From Acutalibacteraceae bacterium (GTDB taxonomy: Bacteria; Bacillota; Clostridia; Oscillospirales; Acutalibacteraceae): 64,000 nt of DNA. The notes beneath the pieces were generated by a model, which was not told the origin of the DNA, made no database searches, and saw only the letters and a list, made by a program, of their open reading frames with translations. Shown here piece after piece: positions 34,901 through 44,979 of the stretch. Numbering within the stretch: the first letter of the stretch is position 1; every line of letters begins with the position of its first letter. Both the position numbers and the translations under genes were made by a program. The DNA is taken from assembly GCA_045578165.1 (NCBI GenBank), contig JAZNJR010000003.1, positions 1,402 through 65,401 of the forward strand. The letters run 5' to 3'.

Positions 34901-37352
34901 TGCAAACAAATGGACAAATTCGGCAAGACAATGGATTTGGACCAATAATATTTTCAAAGGTAATGTTGATGGCGAAGGTCATCAAATCACAGGTCTTTAT
35001 TACAACGGTACAAAGAGCAAGGTTGGTTTAATTTCTTACGCAGCTAATGCTTATATTACCAGAGTTATTATCAACAATGCTTCATTAACATCAAACGGTT
35101 TTGCGGTTGGTGCAATTGTTGGCGACGCAAACACGGGCAAGGTAACCTTGTCTAGCTGTTACGTAGGTAATAACGTTAAAATTAAATCTACCTATAACAA
35201 GGGTAACGACGCAGGTGCCGGTGGTCTTATCGGTTACGGTGGCGCCGAAATTCTTGTTGAAGGTTGTACCTTCTTGGGTAGTGTATCTGCTCCTAAAAAC
35301 GCAGGCGCTATTTTGGGTAACTGCTGGGGTAAAAACAGCGAAGGCGTTTCCGGTATCGTTGTTAAAAACACCTATTCACCCTCTTCCTTGAAGTTCTGCT
35401 CGAAGCAAGCTTTAGGTGGTACATCGGGCGATAACTATTCAGCAGGTGACAATAAAGAACCTAACGTTTATACGATAAAAGCAAATCAAATGTATGGCAA
35501 AAACGCCAAGAAGAATATGCCGGCACTTAACTGGTTTAGATTCTGGAAAGTAACCGACGGTTACCCAATGGTTGTTGGCGGCACCTATGACGGTGTGAAA
35601 GGCAAGGTTTGGTCAGGTAAGGTTGCGGCCAACTTTGCAGGCGGTAACGGTACTAAGGGAAGTCCTTATTTGATTTCCACAGGTGAACAGCTTGCCTTGT
35701 TGCTCGAAAACGTTAACGACACCAAGGGCAAATACTATAAGATTACTAACGATATTTATCTTAACGACGTTAAAAGTGCCAACTGGTACGAAGGCAATAA
35801 TTTGCGTTCTTGGTATTGGGTTTCAACCGCACGTCACGGTGCATTTAAGGGACACCTTAACGGTAATGCCAAGGTAATTTACGGTTTGTATATGAATCAC
35901 GAACAAATTAATTCGGTTATTTACACCGGTTTGTTCCCAACCATTACCGACGGCGCTTCTGTTACAAAGCTTGGCTTCTCAAATGCAAGAATTACCGTTA
36001 AATCTCAAATCGACCAAGAAGCATACGCGGGTTGTATTGCAGGCGTTGTAATGCTTAATCAGCCCGAAGCACAAACCAAACGCGGCACATTACCCAAGGT
36101 TTCACAGTGCTTTGCTGACAGTAAATCAGTAATTACCTGTAAATTTGCAGGCGGTCTTTTTGGCGGCGGCTCTTACGTTGCTAATATGGACAACTGCTAT
36201 TTCGTAGGTCAAGTTGTGGGCGAACGTGTTGCATCTCTTGTTGGTAACTCTTGGACCACATATAAAGACACCGTTGTTCAGCAGTGCTATTCTGCTACAG
36301 TTGATGAAAACTTGTTGTGCGGCGGTCGTGCAAGTGTAGAAAACTCTTCAACACCTATCGACTACAAAAACAATTATTCAACAGGTAACGGTCTTGCTTC
36401 ATACGTTATGAAGATGGGCTTACTTATGATGCGTGGCGAAAAAGCCAAGAAATATATGACCGAGCTTGACTTCGATAAGATTTGGTACGCATTACCTAAC
36501 GGTACCCCCGTTTTACGTGCTTTTGGTACAACCGATAAGTTTTCTAACACCACCACACCCGATCCGATTGAAGTTTCATTTGTGACAAACGGTGGTTCAA
36601 AGTGTGAAAATGCTTACGGTAACCCCGAAGAACCTATCACACTTCCAACACCTACGCGTGAGGGTTATAAGTTTGCGGGTTGGTATGTATATAAAGAATT
36701 GGATATGCCTTATCCGATTGATACATTCCCATACTTTAACATGATACTTTATGCAAAATGGGAACCCAACGGTATAATTGTTGACTTTGAAAATTACCCC
36801 AACACACCATACGACTATGAGGAAGATTATGAATATTATCGTCCCGGTACAGTTGGTTATGATGCTAAATACGTTAGAAACGGTATGGCGTCCTTCCATC
36901 GCATAGGCGAACAAAGAGGCGATAAGGACTTCCTTCTTAACTATGACGAAATGCTTGAAGTTGGCAAGAAGTATAAGCTTACCTTCTGGGTAACAACCGA
37001 CGCTGACAAAGCTAAAACCACCCTTTCGATCGTACATGAAAAATTCCCTGACGTATTTGACGATACCTTAGGTGTTGAACAAATTGCGGTTGTGAAGAAT
37101 ATTAAAAATGGCGAATGGCAAATGGTTGAAGCAACCTTTGTTGCTAAAACCAAGTGGTTGGCTATCAGAACTTCAGGTAAATCAAGCATTTACTTCGACG
37201 ATCTTATGATGGTTCCCGAAGATGCTAAAAACGCTATGTCGCTTGGAGTACTTGGTGTAGTTATTCCGGTTGCAATTGGCGGTGTTGTGTTAGTAGCTGC
37301 AGGAATTCTTGTCGCAGTTATAATTATTAAAAAGAAGAAAAATAAAGTTTAA
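31974..37352 (+). CDS. 1792-aa surface protein: signal/anchor, five ~290-aa beta-helix-like (GLUG-type) modules, one Listeria-Bacteroides-type repeat, a CBM-like domain, C-terminal TM anchor
   Basis: Each module starts with (V/I)WSGxxAxxYAGGxGTxxDPYLIxTxEQL. VSFVTNGG...GYKFAGWY marks the Listeria-Bacteroides (InlB B-type) repeat. The C-terminal LGVLGVVIPVAIGGVVLVAAGILVAVIII-KKKKNKV is a TM helix with a basic tail. Confidence 0.65.
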   Translation: MVNFGKISKKAIAFLVAISVILSSVVVSLAVATINTTPASTINSWSGEIADSYAGGTGTATDPYLIATPEQLSRMIGYDVLTNYTSNIQNGSTNKYYKLTADIYLNDVSEENWYEGDNLNYWYSSVTSRFCGNFDGDGHTIYGLCFQDGATHAGLFSFVDAWDDARTIKNLTISHSYMKGGYAGGIIAVGKSGTSKKITFENCYVTDTVIVEGTTTGSNNNYPYEAGIVGYSYSGNTTPYVFQNCASLAKQQDGSFLKYGFIGLNATWYMELYYTISNSFAYANSWHGVTSKGTSTDCYLIDDLSLITGTSAKSNMPNLNWGIWQTTTKYPTYKKVTPNGTKGEVWSGAIAQEYAGGTGTEGDPYLIETPEQLARMVGHDVLTNYTGNIQNGSVNKYYKLTADIYLNDVSSATWYNSSDVNKWYSSAASRFCGSFDGDGYTIYGLYTNPSAQYCGLFPVVDAWSANRTFKDVTISKSYISSNHASAMAGAIAGRIYSGNNKTVYFNNCYVTDSVVFAKNSSSNYWGGIVGYAHPNSSSFFSYTACAVLASVPTASGFVGCEPASGTTTIANSFTANVNWCPANRASATDSYRISDISKIYGTAAKTAMPALAWNYIWQTTENGYPTYLNREYDVNGNVGGVWSGLTALDYAGGSGTEVDPYKIATAEQFVKMLKDSSNAGKYYELISDIKFNDTSVANWQENARSWSCITNRFKGYFNGKGHTVSGLYYNGTENNIGLFCVAQDATIENLILDNSFIKSSGYAVGGIIGQGVGSINVNKCIVGKNVAIESTYEGNDAGAGGIVGYGNGDIKINTCAVLATVSATRFAGSMAGNCWTKVTVKNSYSSANIKFCSKRNLETESDFNYSTYEEGDSSVVYVSPDAMIGEAAKEGMEGLSWDRAWVTTDGYPMCKFDKEPGAAEGIWSGNIASEYAGGSGTKADPYLIENGEQLALMVTDVNSEGKYYKLTKDIKLNDTSANKWTNSARQWIWTNNIFKGNVDGEGHQITGLYYNGTKSKVGLISYAANAYITRVIINNASLTSNGFAVGAIVGDANTGKVTLSSCYVGNNVKIKSTYNKGNDAGAGGLIGYGGAEILVEGCTFLGSVSAPKNAGAILGNCWGKNSEGVSGIVVKNTYSPSSLKFCSKQALGGTSGDNYSAGDNKEPNVYTIKANQMYGKNAKKNMPALNWFRFWKVTDGYPMVVGGTYDGVKGKVWSGKVAANFAGGNGTKGSPYLISTGEQLALLLENVNDTKGKYYKITNDIYLNDVKSANWYEGNNLRSWYWVSTARHGAFKGHLNGNAKVIYGLYMNHEQINSVIYTGLFPTITDGASVTKLGFSNARITVKSQIDQEAYAGCIAGVVMLNQPEAQTKRGTLPKVSQCFADSKSVITCKFAGGLFGGGSYVANMDNCYFVGQVVGERVASLVGNSWTTYKDTVVQQCYSATVDENLLCGGRASVENSSTPIDYKNNYSTGNGLASYVMKMGLLMMRGEKAKKYMTELDFDKIWYALPNGTPVLRAFGTTDKFSNTTTPDPIEVSFVTNGGSKCENAYGNPEEPITLPTPTREGYKFAGWYVYKELDMPYPIDTFPYFNMILYAKWEPNGIIVDFENYPNTPYDYEEDYEYYRPGTVGYDAKYVRNGMASFHRIGEQRGDKDFLLNYDEMLEVGKKYKLTFWVTTDADKAKTTLSIVHEKFPDVFDDTLGVEQIAVVKNIKNGEWQMVEATFVAKTKWLAIRTSGKSSIYFDDLMMVPEDAKNAMSLGVLGVVIPVAIGGVVLVAAGILVAVIIIKKKKNKV
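32103..36560 (+). repeat. five tandem in-frame coding modules (starts about 32103, 33006, 33894, 34737, 35607)
   Basis: The WSG...DPYLI module starts recur every 843-903 nt. The first ~250 nt of modules 1 and 2 are closely similar at the DNA level. Confidence 0.8.
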
Positions 37353-37376
37353 TAATTTCTAAAAAATACTAAGGGA

Positions 37377-37406
37377 GGGCAGAGAAGAAAATAATCTTCT
37401 CTGCCC
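37377..37406 (+). terminator. stem-loop after the giant gene (weak T-tract)
   Basis: GGGCAGAGAAG-aaaataat-CTTCTCTGCCC followed by TTATACTT. Confidence 0.45.
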
Positions 37407-37431
37407 TTATACTTACTCCAGGGTGAAGAAA

Positions 37432-38646
37432 ATGGAAATATTGAAACACATTGAAGAAAATTTGCAAAAAACAGTTCGCTTTAATCAAGAAGACCAAGGC
37501 GAACTTATAGGAATGCCTTACCCTTATACTGCACCTTGTGTAGAAGATACGTTTATAAGTATGTATTACTGGGACACCTATTTTACAAACGTTGGACTTA
37601 TTACAAGCGGTAATGCACAACAGGCAAAATACAACGTTGATGATATGCTTTACATGGTAGAAAAGTATGGTTTTATGCTTAACGGTAATATGACAAGATA
37701 TTTAAACCGTTCGCAGCCGCCTTTTTTAAGCTTTATGGTAAAGGATGTGTTTGAATATTTCGGTGATAAGCAGTGGTTAGATACTGCTTATGCAACCTTG
37801 TGTAAGGAATACGACTTTTGGCAAACTAAAAGACGTTGTAAAAACGGTCTTAACTTTTACGGTAATTATGCCGCAATGGATGATGAGCTTCAGCAGGAAT
37901 ATTACAATGCGTTTTCCCAGCGTAGCGGCGGCTATACAACCGATGACACCGAAGAACAAAAACGAATTGGCAATACCTTTATGGCTTTTTGCGAAAGCGG
38001 TTGGGACTGCTGTTCGCGTTTTGAATTTGACGGGCAGTATTATAACCCCGTTTGTCTTAATTCCTTGCTTTACGGTTTTGAAAGAAATATGGCATATTTT
38101 TGCAAGGTTTTAGGCAAAGAAGAGCGTACCGACTGGCTTCGCCGTGCAAGATACAGAAAAAGCAAGATGAAAAAATTGCTTTGGAACAAAGAAGCGGGTT
38201 TATTTTTGGACTGGAACTTTAAGGAAAACCGTCACAGCAGTGTGAAATCTGCGGCATCTCTTTACCCAATGTTTGTTAAACTTGCAAATGAAGTAAATGG
38301 CGAAGAAAAGCTTTTAGAAGACTTAATGCTTGAATACGGTGTGGCTTGTTCCGTACCGGGCGAATACCGTTTCCCGCTTCAATGGGATTACCCTAACGTA
38401 TGGGCACCGCTTCAGTATACTTCATACATAGCTTGTAAAAATTATGGTCTTAAAGATAAAGCACAAGAAATTGCCAAGCGTTACGTTAAATTAATTGAAG
38501 AGGGCTTTGAAAAAACAGGTAATCTTTGGGAAAAGTATAACGGACATACAGGCGAAGTTGCAAATCAAGACTATGACGCGCCAACCATGATGGGTTGGAC
38601 CGCAGGTGTTTACCTTAAATTTAAAAACGATTTGCAAGATAAATAG
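37432..38646 (+). CDS. GH37-like trehalase family protein, no signal peptide
   Basis: YYWDTYF, SQPPFLSFM, ESGWDCCSRF and QWDYPNVWAPL match the conserved trehalase (GH37) blocks. The ATG at 37432 is preferred over the GTG at 37423. Confidence 0.75.
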   Translation: MEILKHIEENLQKTVRFNQEDQGELIGMPYPYTAPCVEDTFISMYYWDTYFTNVGLITSGNAQQAKYNVDDMLYMVEKYGFMLNGNMTRYLNRSQPPFLSFMVKDVFEYFGDKQWLDTAYATLCKEYDFWQTKRRCKNGLNFYGNYAAMDDELQQEYYNAFSQRSGGYTTDDTEEQKRIGNTFMAFCESGWDCCSRFEFDGQYYNPVCLNSLLYGFERNMAYFCKVLGKEERTDWLRRARYRKSKMKKLLWNKEAGLFLDWNFKENRHSSVKSAASLYPMFVKLANEVNGEEKLLEDLMLEYGVACSVPGEYRFPLQWDYPNVWAPLQYTSYIACKNYGLKDKAQEIAKRYVKLIEEGFEKTGNLWEKYNGHTGEVANQDYDAPTMMGWTAGVYLKFKNDLQDK

Positions 38647-38694
38647 GTAATTAAAGTAAATATTGGTTGTCTTTTTAAGAAATGGGTGGTATAA

Positions 38695-39486
38695 ATGGAT
38701 TTAGAAAAACTTTTATATTGTGAAGATGAAAAACCTCTTGACCGTATTGTTTATGACGGCGGTTATGCCCGAATTTTCAGAACTATTGGTTGCATTGGCG
38801 ACAGTCTTTCATCGGGCGAACACGAATCCCGCGATAGCGAGGGTAACTATGGTTATCACGATTTTTATGATTATTCGTGGGGTCAGTATATGGCAAGAAA
38901 TGCCGGCATAAAGGTTTATAATTTCTCTCGTGGGGGAATGTCGGCAAAATGGTTTATGGAAACCTATGCTGACGAATGTGGCGTTTGGACAAGTGAAAAG
39001 CGTTGTCAAGCATATATATTGGCACTTGGCGTTAACGATATGTATACTAAACAGGTTGAGCTTGGCACCGTTTCGGACATTGATTTGGAAAATCCCCAAA
39101 ACAACAAGCCCACCTTTGCGGGTTATTATGCGCAAATTATTCAGCGCCTTAAAACCTTACAACCCGATGCAAAGTTCTTTTTGGTAACCTTGCCTAACGG
39201 AATTAATGATTTAGACGGTGACACCCACGCCGAACTTTTGGAAGAAATGGCGAAAATCTTTAGCAATACTTACGTTATAAATCTTAGAAAATATAGCCCC
39301 GAATATAACGCCGAATTTAAAAAGAAATTTTTTGTTGGCGGTCATATGAATGCAGCGGGTTATATTCTTTCTGCGCAAATGATAACTTCGTATATTGATT
39401 ATATTGTGCGACATAATTTTGAAGATTTTAGTCAGGTTGGTTTTATAGGTACGCCCTATAAATATTTAACAGAGGTTAAAAAATAG
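38695..39486 (+). CDS. SGNH/GDSL hydrolase (probable carbohydrate esterase)
   Basis: 263 aa. Block I GCIGDSLSSGE, block III GVND, no signal peptide. Confidence 0.75.
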   Translation: MDLEKLLYCEDEKPLDRIVYDGGYARIFRTIGCIGDSLSSGEHESRDSEGNYGYHDFYDYSWGQYMARNAGIKVYNFSRGGMSAKWFMETYADECGVWTSEKRCQAYILALGVNDMYTKQVELGTVSDIDLENPQNNKPTFAGYYAQIIQRLKTLQPDAKFFLVTLPNGINDLDGDTHAELLEEMAKIFSNTYVINLRKYSPEYNAEFKKKFFVGGHMNAAGYILSAQMITSYIDYIVRHNFEDFSQVGFIGTPYKYLTEVKK

Positions 39487-39499
39487 GAGAATAAGTAAA

Positions 39500-40711
39500 A
39501 TGGAAAACAGTAAAAAACTTTCATATAGAACGGTCATTGCGCTGGGATTTTTGGTTTATTTTTTCAGTTATGCAATGCGACTTGACTATTCCGCAAGTAT
39601 TGTTGCAATTGTAAGCGACCTTAAAATTACAAACACAATGGCTTCTGCCGCGGTAACGGGCAGTTTTATTACATACGGTGTGGGTCAGGTTATTTGCGGC
39701 TTTATTGGGGACAAAATTTCCCCCACTAAAATGATAAGTGTTGCAATGCTTGGCACGGTTTTAGTAAATACTTTGGTTTCATTTTGTTCAAATATTTGGG
39801 TTATAACTGCTCTTTGGTGTGTAAACGGTATTTGCCAAGCAATGCTTTGGCCGCCGCTTGCGCGTTTTGTTTCCGAACAAATAGGTACTGAAAAATATGC
39901 CGACGCAATTACCATTGTGGGTCTTTCGGCGTCGGTTGGTACAATATTTGTTTATATTTTAGTACCGTTTGTTCTTAAGTTTACAATTTGGCGCAACGTT
40001 TTTAGAATTATGGCACTTTTTGGTGTTGTAATGATGTGTGTTTGGACCTTTGCCACCCGCAATATTAAGCTTGGAAAAGCGCAAGGTGTTAAAAAGGCAA
40101 ACAGCGAAAAAACAATTTCAATTTTTGGGGCTATTGCAATTGCGGGGCTTGTTCCTATTTTCTTTGTAATTGCGCTTCAAGGCATTTTGCGTGACGGTAT
40201 TCAAACTTGGTTGCCGTCGTTGGTTAATGAACAGTTCAATTTAGATGAATCGTCATCAATTTTAAGCACAGCCATTTTGCCGGTATTCAGCATGATAATT
40301 GTTTTGCTTTCAAATGCACTTTATCACAAAATAAAACACGAATTAAAAACTGCTTCTATAATGTTTGGTGTTGCGTTAGTATCAACCTTGCCAATGGCAT
40401 TTGGGGTGGACATTCCGATTTTAACCATAATATTAGCGGCACTTATTTCGGCAAGTATGCATGGTGTTAACCATATGCTTATTTCGCTTATTCCTAAAAA
40501 CTTTGCAAAATATGGTATGGTTTCTACCATTTCGGGTGTTCTAAACGCCTGTACCTATATTGGCGCGTCAATTTCATCCTATGGCTTTGCAAGCATTGCC
40601 GATAATTTTGGTTGGAATATGGTACTTATAATTTGGTGTATTATTGCTTTCTTGGGCACCTTGATTTGTGTATTGAAAATTAAGGGTTGGACCAAATTTG
40701 TTACAAAATAA
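39500..40711 (+). CDS. MFS transporter
   Basis: 403 aa, about 12 hydrophobic helices in two halves separated by a basic loop (KLGKAQGVKKANSEK). Confidence 0.8.
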   Translation: MENSKKLSYRTVIALGFLVYFFSYAMRLDYSASIVAIVSDLKITNTMASAAVTGSFITYGVGQVICGFIGDKISPTKMISVAMLGTVLVNTLVSFCSNIWVITALWCVNGICQAMLWPPLARFVSEQIGTEKYADAITIVGLSASVGTIFVYILVPFVLKFTIWRNVFRIMALFGVVMMCVWTFATRNIKLGKAQGVKKANSEKTISIFGAIAIAGLVPIFFVIALQGILRDGIQTWLPSLVNEQFNLDESSSILSTAILPVFSMIIVLLSNALYHKIKHELKTASIMFGVALVSTLPMAFGVDIPILTIILAALISASMHGVNHMLISLIPKNFAKYGMVSTISGVLNACTYIGASISSYGFASIADNFGWNMVLIIWCIIAFLGTLICVLKIKGWTKFVTK

Positions 40712-40726
40712 CGGAGAAAATTTAAA

Positions 40727-43588
40727 GTGATAGAAATAATCAGAACGTTTGAAAAAATAATTAATGACAACACAACGGTTTACGTTTTTCCAAATAACCG
40801 TAATGTTATTGGTGCAAAAATTACTTTGGCTGAAGAATATTTGCAATTTTCGGGTTTGGAAGTTGAAGTTAAATATGCAATAAACGGTGTTATAACCGAC
40901 CCAATTTCTCTTGGCAAGGCAAAAATCGGTAACGATTTAATGATTGAAATTAATGCTGAAATACCGACTGCTGCTTCGCATATTTACGTTATTGCGCCTA
41001 ATGAAACGGTTAAGTTTTCTGAAGTTGTTATTTTAGAAGAATTAAGCGAAGAGGTGGCAAATTATTACCCCGCTTGCTTTGATACCGATTTGGGCGAAAA
41101 TTATTTTCTTGATACCGTTTCGGTGTTTACTACTAAAGAGGGCTATAGTCATTATTCGGTTTACACCAGCTTAGACGGACGCGATTTTCAGTTTCTTGCA
41201 CAAAAACGTAATGATACCCCTTGCGATATGTTAAAGGGCGACCAATATGCCGCAAACGGTGTAGAAGCCCGTATCATAAGGGTTTACGTTGAATATAACA
41301 CCGCTTCGGTTGAAGCTTTGTTTGAAAAAGTTGAATTTAAGGGTAAAAAATCGGGCAGTACAATTAAGACGCGTCCCGAAATTGATATACCCGAATTTAA
41401 GGATACGGTTTATAATAAAGAAATCACTTTAGATGATACCTATAACGAAGTATACGGTATTATAAAACGCCGTTTGGGTGAAGAATACGTAAACTGGTTT
41501 AATTTGTGCATTTGCGACAGTAAAGCCGGTTATGACTTTTTTGAATTGTCTGATAATGGCGGCAAAATACTTATTAAGGGTAACAATGGTGTATCGTTAG
41601 CGGTGGGTCTTAACCATTATTTAAAATATTACTGCAAGGTTAATATTTGTCAGGTTGGCGACCAAGCAAAAATGCCGCAAAACCTTGTTATGATAAACGA
41701 AAAAGTTTATCGCGAAACCAAGGCGAAGGTAAGGTATTCTTACAATTACTGCACACTTTCTTACTCAATGGCTTTTTGGGGCGAAGAACAGTGGCAGGAA
41801 GAACTTGACTGGTTGGCTTTAAACGGTGTAAACGTTGTGCTTGATGCCACCGCCCAAGAAGAAGTTTGGCGCAGATTTTTGTCAAACCTTGGTTATACTC
41901 ATGAAGAAATTTTAAAATTTATTGCGGGCCCCGCTTATTATGCGTGGGCTTATATGGCAAATTTGTCGGGCTTTGGTGGTCCCGTTCACGACAGCTGGTT
42001 TTATGACAGAACCTGCCTTGCCCGTAAAAATCACCTAAAAATGCGCAAGCTCGGTATGTACCCCGCACTTCAGGGCTATAGCGGTATGGTGCCCAATGAT
42101 ATTGCGCAGCATATTGAAAACGTAGACGTTATTCCGCAGGGAACGTGGTGTTCTTTTGACCGCCCGACAATGCTTCGCACAACATCTCCGATTTTCAAAG
42201 AATTTGCTCAAAAGTTTTATAAAGCGCAAAGCGAAGTTTATGGGGATTACAGCATTTATTTTGCTACCGACCCATTCCACGAAGGCGGCAACACCTCTGA
42301 TATGTCGCCTAAGGAAATTGCGTTTGAAGTATTGTCTTCAATGCTTAAACAAAACAAGGACGCAGTGTGGATTATTCAGTCCTGGCAAACCAACCCCACC
42401 TCTGAACTTTTAAAGGGTATTCAGCAGGTTGAAAATGGCAAAAATCATGCATTAATACTTGATTTATATGCTGAGAAAGACCCCAATTATAAAAAAGGTC
42501 ACAAAGATAACTGCAACCACGGTTACGACGTGGAATTTGACCACACCTCGTGGGTATTTTGTATGCTTAATAACTTTGGCGGTCGTTTAGGTCTTCACGG
42601 GCATCTTGATAATATGCAAAAATGGATTCCCGAAGCGTTTAATAACTGCAGAGCATGTGTAGGTATTGGTATTACACCCGAAGCAAGTTTTAATAATCCC
42701 GTTTTGTACGACTTTTTATTTGAATCGGTTTGGCGCGAAGATGCACATGCCCCAATGACTGAAATAAACTTAAATGACTGGGTTAAAGAATATATTACAC
42801 GTCGGTACGGTGGTTTCAGCAATAACGCACTAAATGCGTGGGAAATCTTTTTAAACACTGTTTATAAGGCAGAGCTTAATAATTTGGGTCAAGGTGCACC
42901 CGAATCGATTGTAAACGCACGTCCTACACTTCAGTCACGTCCCGCATCATCTTGGGGTAACGCGGTTATAAGTTATGATAAGGGCGACCTTGTAAAAGCG
43001 GCAAAGCTTTTGCTTAATGACTATGACACTTTCAAAGAAAGCAAGGGTTATCGTTACGACGTGGTAACCGTTTTACAGCAAATTTTGTCGAATACTGCGC
43101 AGGACGTTCATTTAAAAATGGCGGCGGCATTTGATAACAAAGATGCAACTGCATTTAAAGAACATTCGCAAAGGTTTTTAGAAATTGCCGATTTAATGGA
43201 CGTTGTTACCTCTCAAAGCAAATACTATACCTTGGGTCGTTGGGTTGACGGCGCAATAGAGCTTTCTAAAAATGCCGACGATTTTACCAAAATGCTTTAT
43301 CTTTTAAATGCAAAATCGCTTATTACCACTTGGGGTTCATTCAACCAATGTGAAACGGGCGGTTTACACGATTATTCAAACCGTCAATGGTCGGGTCTTA
43401 TAAGCGATTTTTATAAGGCACGTTGGGTTCGTTGGATCAACAACCGTATTAACGAGCTTGAGGGCAAACCGTTTGAAGAAAAAGTAAATTGGTTTGAATT
43501 TGAATGGTTATGGGCAAGAAGTGATAAAATTTACGGTTTTGAAGATAAAACCGACAACCTTTTAGAAATTAGCAAAAACATTCTTTAA
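40727..43588 (+). CDS. alpha-N-acetylglucosaminidase (GH89, NAGLU-like) with an N-terminal ~200-aa beta-sandwich region, no signal peptide
   Basis: 953 aa, GTG start 9 nt after GGAGA. YSYNYCTLSYSMAFWGEEQWQEELDWLALNGVNVVLD and later NAGLU-type blocks (FHEGGN, WIIQSW). Confidence 0.8.
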   Translation: MIEIIRTFEKIINDNTTVYVFPNNRNVIGAKITLAEEYLQFSGLEVEVKYAINGVITDPISLGKAKIGNDLMIEINAEIPTAASHIYVIAPNETVKFSEVVILEELSEEVANYYPACFDTDLGENYFLDTVSVFTTKEGYSHYSVYTSLDGRDFQFLAQKRNDTPCDMLKGDQYAANGVEARIIRVYVEYNTASVEALFEKVEFKGKKSGSTIKTRPEIDIPEFKDTVYNKEITLDDTYNEVYGIIKRRLGEEYVNWFNLCICDSKAGYDFFELSDNGGKILIKGNNGVSLAVGLNHYLKYYCKVNICQVGDQAKMPQNLVMINEKVYRETKAKVRYSYNYCTLSYSMAFWGEEQWQEELDWLALNGVNVVLDATAQEEVWRRFLSNLGYTHEEILKFIAGPAYYAWAYMANLSGFGGPVHDSWFYDRTCLARKNHLKMRKLGMYPALQGYSGMVPNDIAQHIENVDVIPQGTWCSFDRPTMLRTTSPIFKEFAQKFYKAQSEVYGDYSIYFATDPFHEGGNTSDMSPKEIAFEVLSSMLKQNKDAVWIIQSWQTNPTSELLKGIQQVENGKNHALILDLYAEKDPNYKKGHKDNCNHGYDVEFDHTSWVFCMLNNFGGRLGLHGHLDNMQKWIPEAFNNCRACVGIGITPEASFNNPVLYDFLFESVWREDAHAPMTEINLNDWVKEYITRRYGGFSNNALNAWEIFLNTVYKAELNNLGQGAPESIVNARPTLQSRPASSWGNAVISYDKGDLVKAAKLLLNDYDTFKESKGYRYDVVTVLQQILSNTAQDVHLKMAAAFDNKDATAFKEHSQRFLEIADLMDVVTSQSKYYTLGRWVDGAIELSKNADDFTKMLYLLNAKSLITTWGSFNQCETGGLHDYSNRQWSGLISDFYKARWVRWINNRINELEGKPFEEKVNWFEFEWLWARSDKIYGFEDKTDNLLEISKNIL

Positions 43589-43601
43589 AGAGGGTGCAAA
43601 A

Positions 43602-44969
43602 ATGAAAAAATATCTTACCAAAATTGAAACCTGTCCCAAAGAAAATATATTCTTTAAATCTGAACAGGTTGAATTAAATAACTTCCCCGCAGAAACCGAA
43701 TGGGGAATTGTAAACCTTTTTGACGAGGTTGTTTATCAAGAGGTTTTGGGCTTTGGCGGTGCGTTTACCGAATCGTCGGCTTATCTTTATTCGCTTTTAA
43801 GTGAAGAAGACAAAAAACGCTTTTTGGAACTTTATTTCGACCGTGAAAAAGGTATAGGTTATAACTTTGGCAGAAGTCACATAAATTCCTGCGACTTTTC
43901 ACTTTCGATTTATTCATCGGTTAAGGAGGGCGACAAAACCCTTGAAAGCTTTAACCTTGATCGTGAAAAACAATATATTTTGCCCTTTTTAAAAGACGCT
44001 TTGGCATATGCACAGGAAGAAATTGTGCTTTTTGCTTCTCCTTGGAGTCCACCCGCATATATGAAAGACAATAATGATATGCTTCACGGTGGCAAGCTTT
44101 TGGAAGAATATAAGTCGGTTTGGGCGCATTTTTACGCTAAATACATAAAAGCAATGGCAAAAGAAGGCGTAAAAATCAGCGCAATTTCAATTCAAAACGA
44201 ACCAAAGGCAATTCAAACATGGGAAAGCTGTAACTATTCCCCCGAAGACGAATGTGAATTTATTGATAAGTATTTAATTGACGCTTTGGACGAAGAAGGT
44301 CTTTCGGATATTAAAATTTTGATTTGGGACCACAACAAAGAATGCGTTTATGACCGCGCAAAGAAAATTTTATCTAACGAACGCGTTAACAAACGCGTTT
44401 GGGCGGTTGCACACCACTGGTATTCGGGCGATCATTTTGACGGTTTGCGCCTTGTGCACGAACAGCTTAATAAACCTCTTGTTTGCGGCGAATTTTGCGG
44501 TCCTATAACTGAAGACGTAAACGTTTTGGCAGAAAGCTATGGTATTGAAATTTGCGAAAACTTTAATAATTTTGAAATTGCCCTTTGTGACTGGAACTTG
44601 CTTTTGGACCAAAATGGCGGTCCCTATCACAACCGTACCGCCAAAACCGAGGGCGAGCTTTTTGAAAATAAAGAGGATGGTTGTTATGCCCCTATTCTTT
44701 ACAATACCGAAAAGCAAGAACTTATTGTAACCCCAATTTATTATTATATGGGACATTTTTCAAAATACGTTCAGCGCGGTGCAAAACGTGTTGCAACCAC
44801 AAAGCATAATCGCAATATGTATTCTTGCGGCTTTGTAAATCCGGATGGCAGTCGTGTTGTGGTTGTAATTAACGCAAGTGACAAACCGCAATATGCAACA
44901 CTTCGTTATAACGGTGGTTGCACTGAAAACGTTATGAAACCCCATTCAATAATTACACTTATTATTTAA
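43602..44969 (+). CDS. GH30 family glycosidase (glucosylceramidase-like), no signal peptide
   Basis: 455 aa. GFGGAFTESSAY, ASPWSPPAYMK and ISIQNEP (acid/base Glu) are typical of GH30. Confidence 0.8.
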   Translation: MKKYLTKIETCPKENIFFKSEQVELNNFPAETEWGIVNLFDEVVYQEVLGFGGAFTESSAYLYSLLSEEDKKRFLELYFDREKGIGYNFGRSHINSCDFSLSIYSSVKEGDKTLESFNLDREKQYILPFLKDALAYAQEEIVLFASPWSPPAYMKDNNDMLHGGKLLEEYKSVWAHFYAKYIKAMAKEGVKISAISIQNEPKAIQTWESCNYSPEDECEFIDKYLIDALDEEGLSDIKILIWDHNKECVYDRAKKILSNERVNKRVWAVAHHWYSGDHFDGLRLVHEQLNKPLVCGEFCGPITEDVNVLAESYGIEICENFNNFEIALCDWNLLLDQNGGPYHNRTAKTEGELFENKEDGCYAPILYNTEKQELIVTPIYYYMGHFSKYVQRGAKRVATTKHNRNMYSCGFVNPDGSRVVVVINASDKPQYATLRYNGGCTENVMKPHSIITLII

Positions 44970-44979
44970 GGTGAATATT

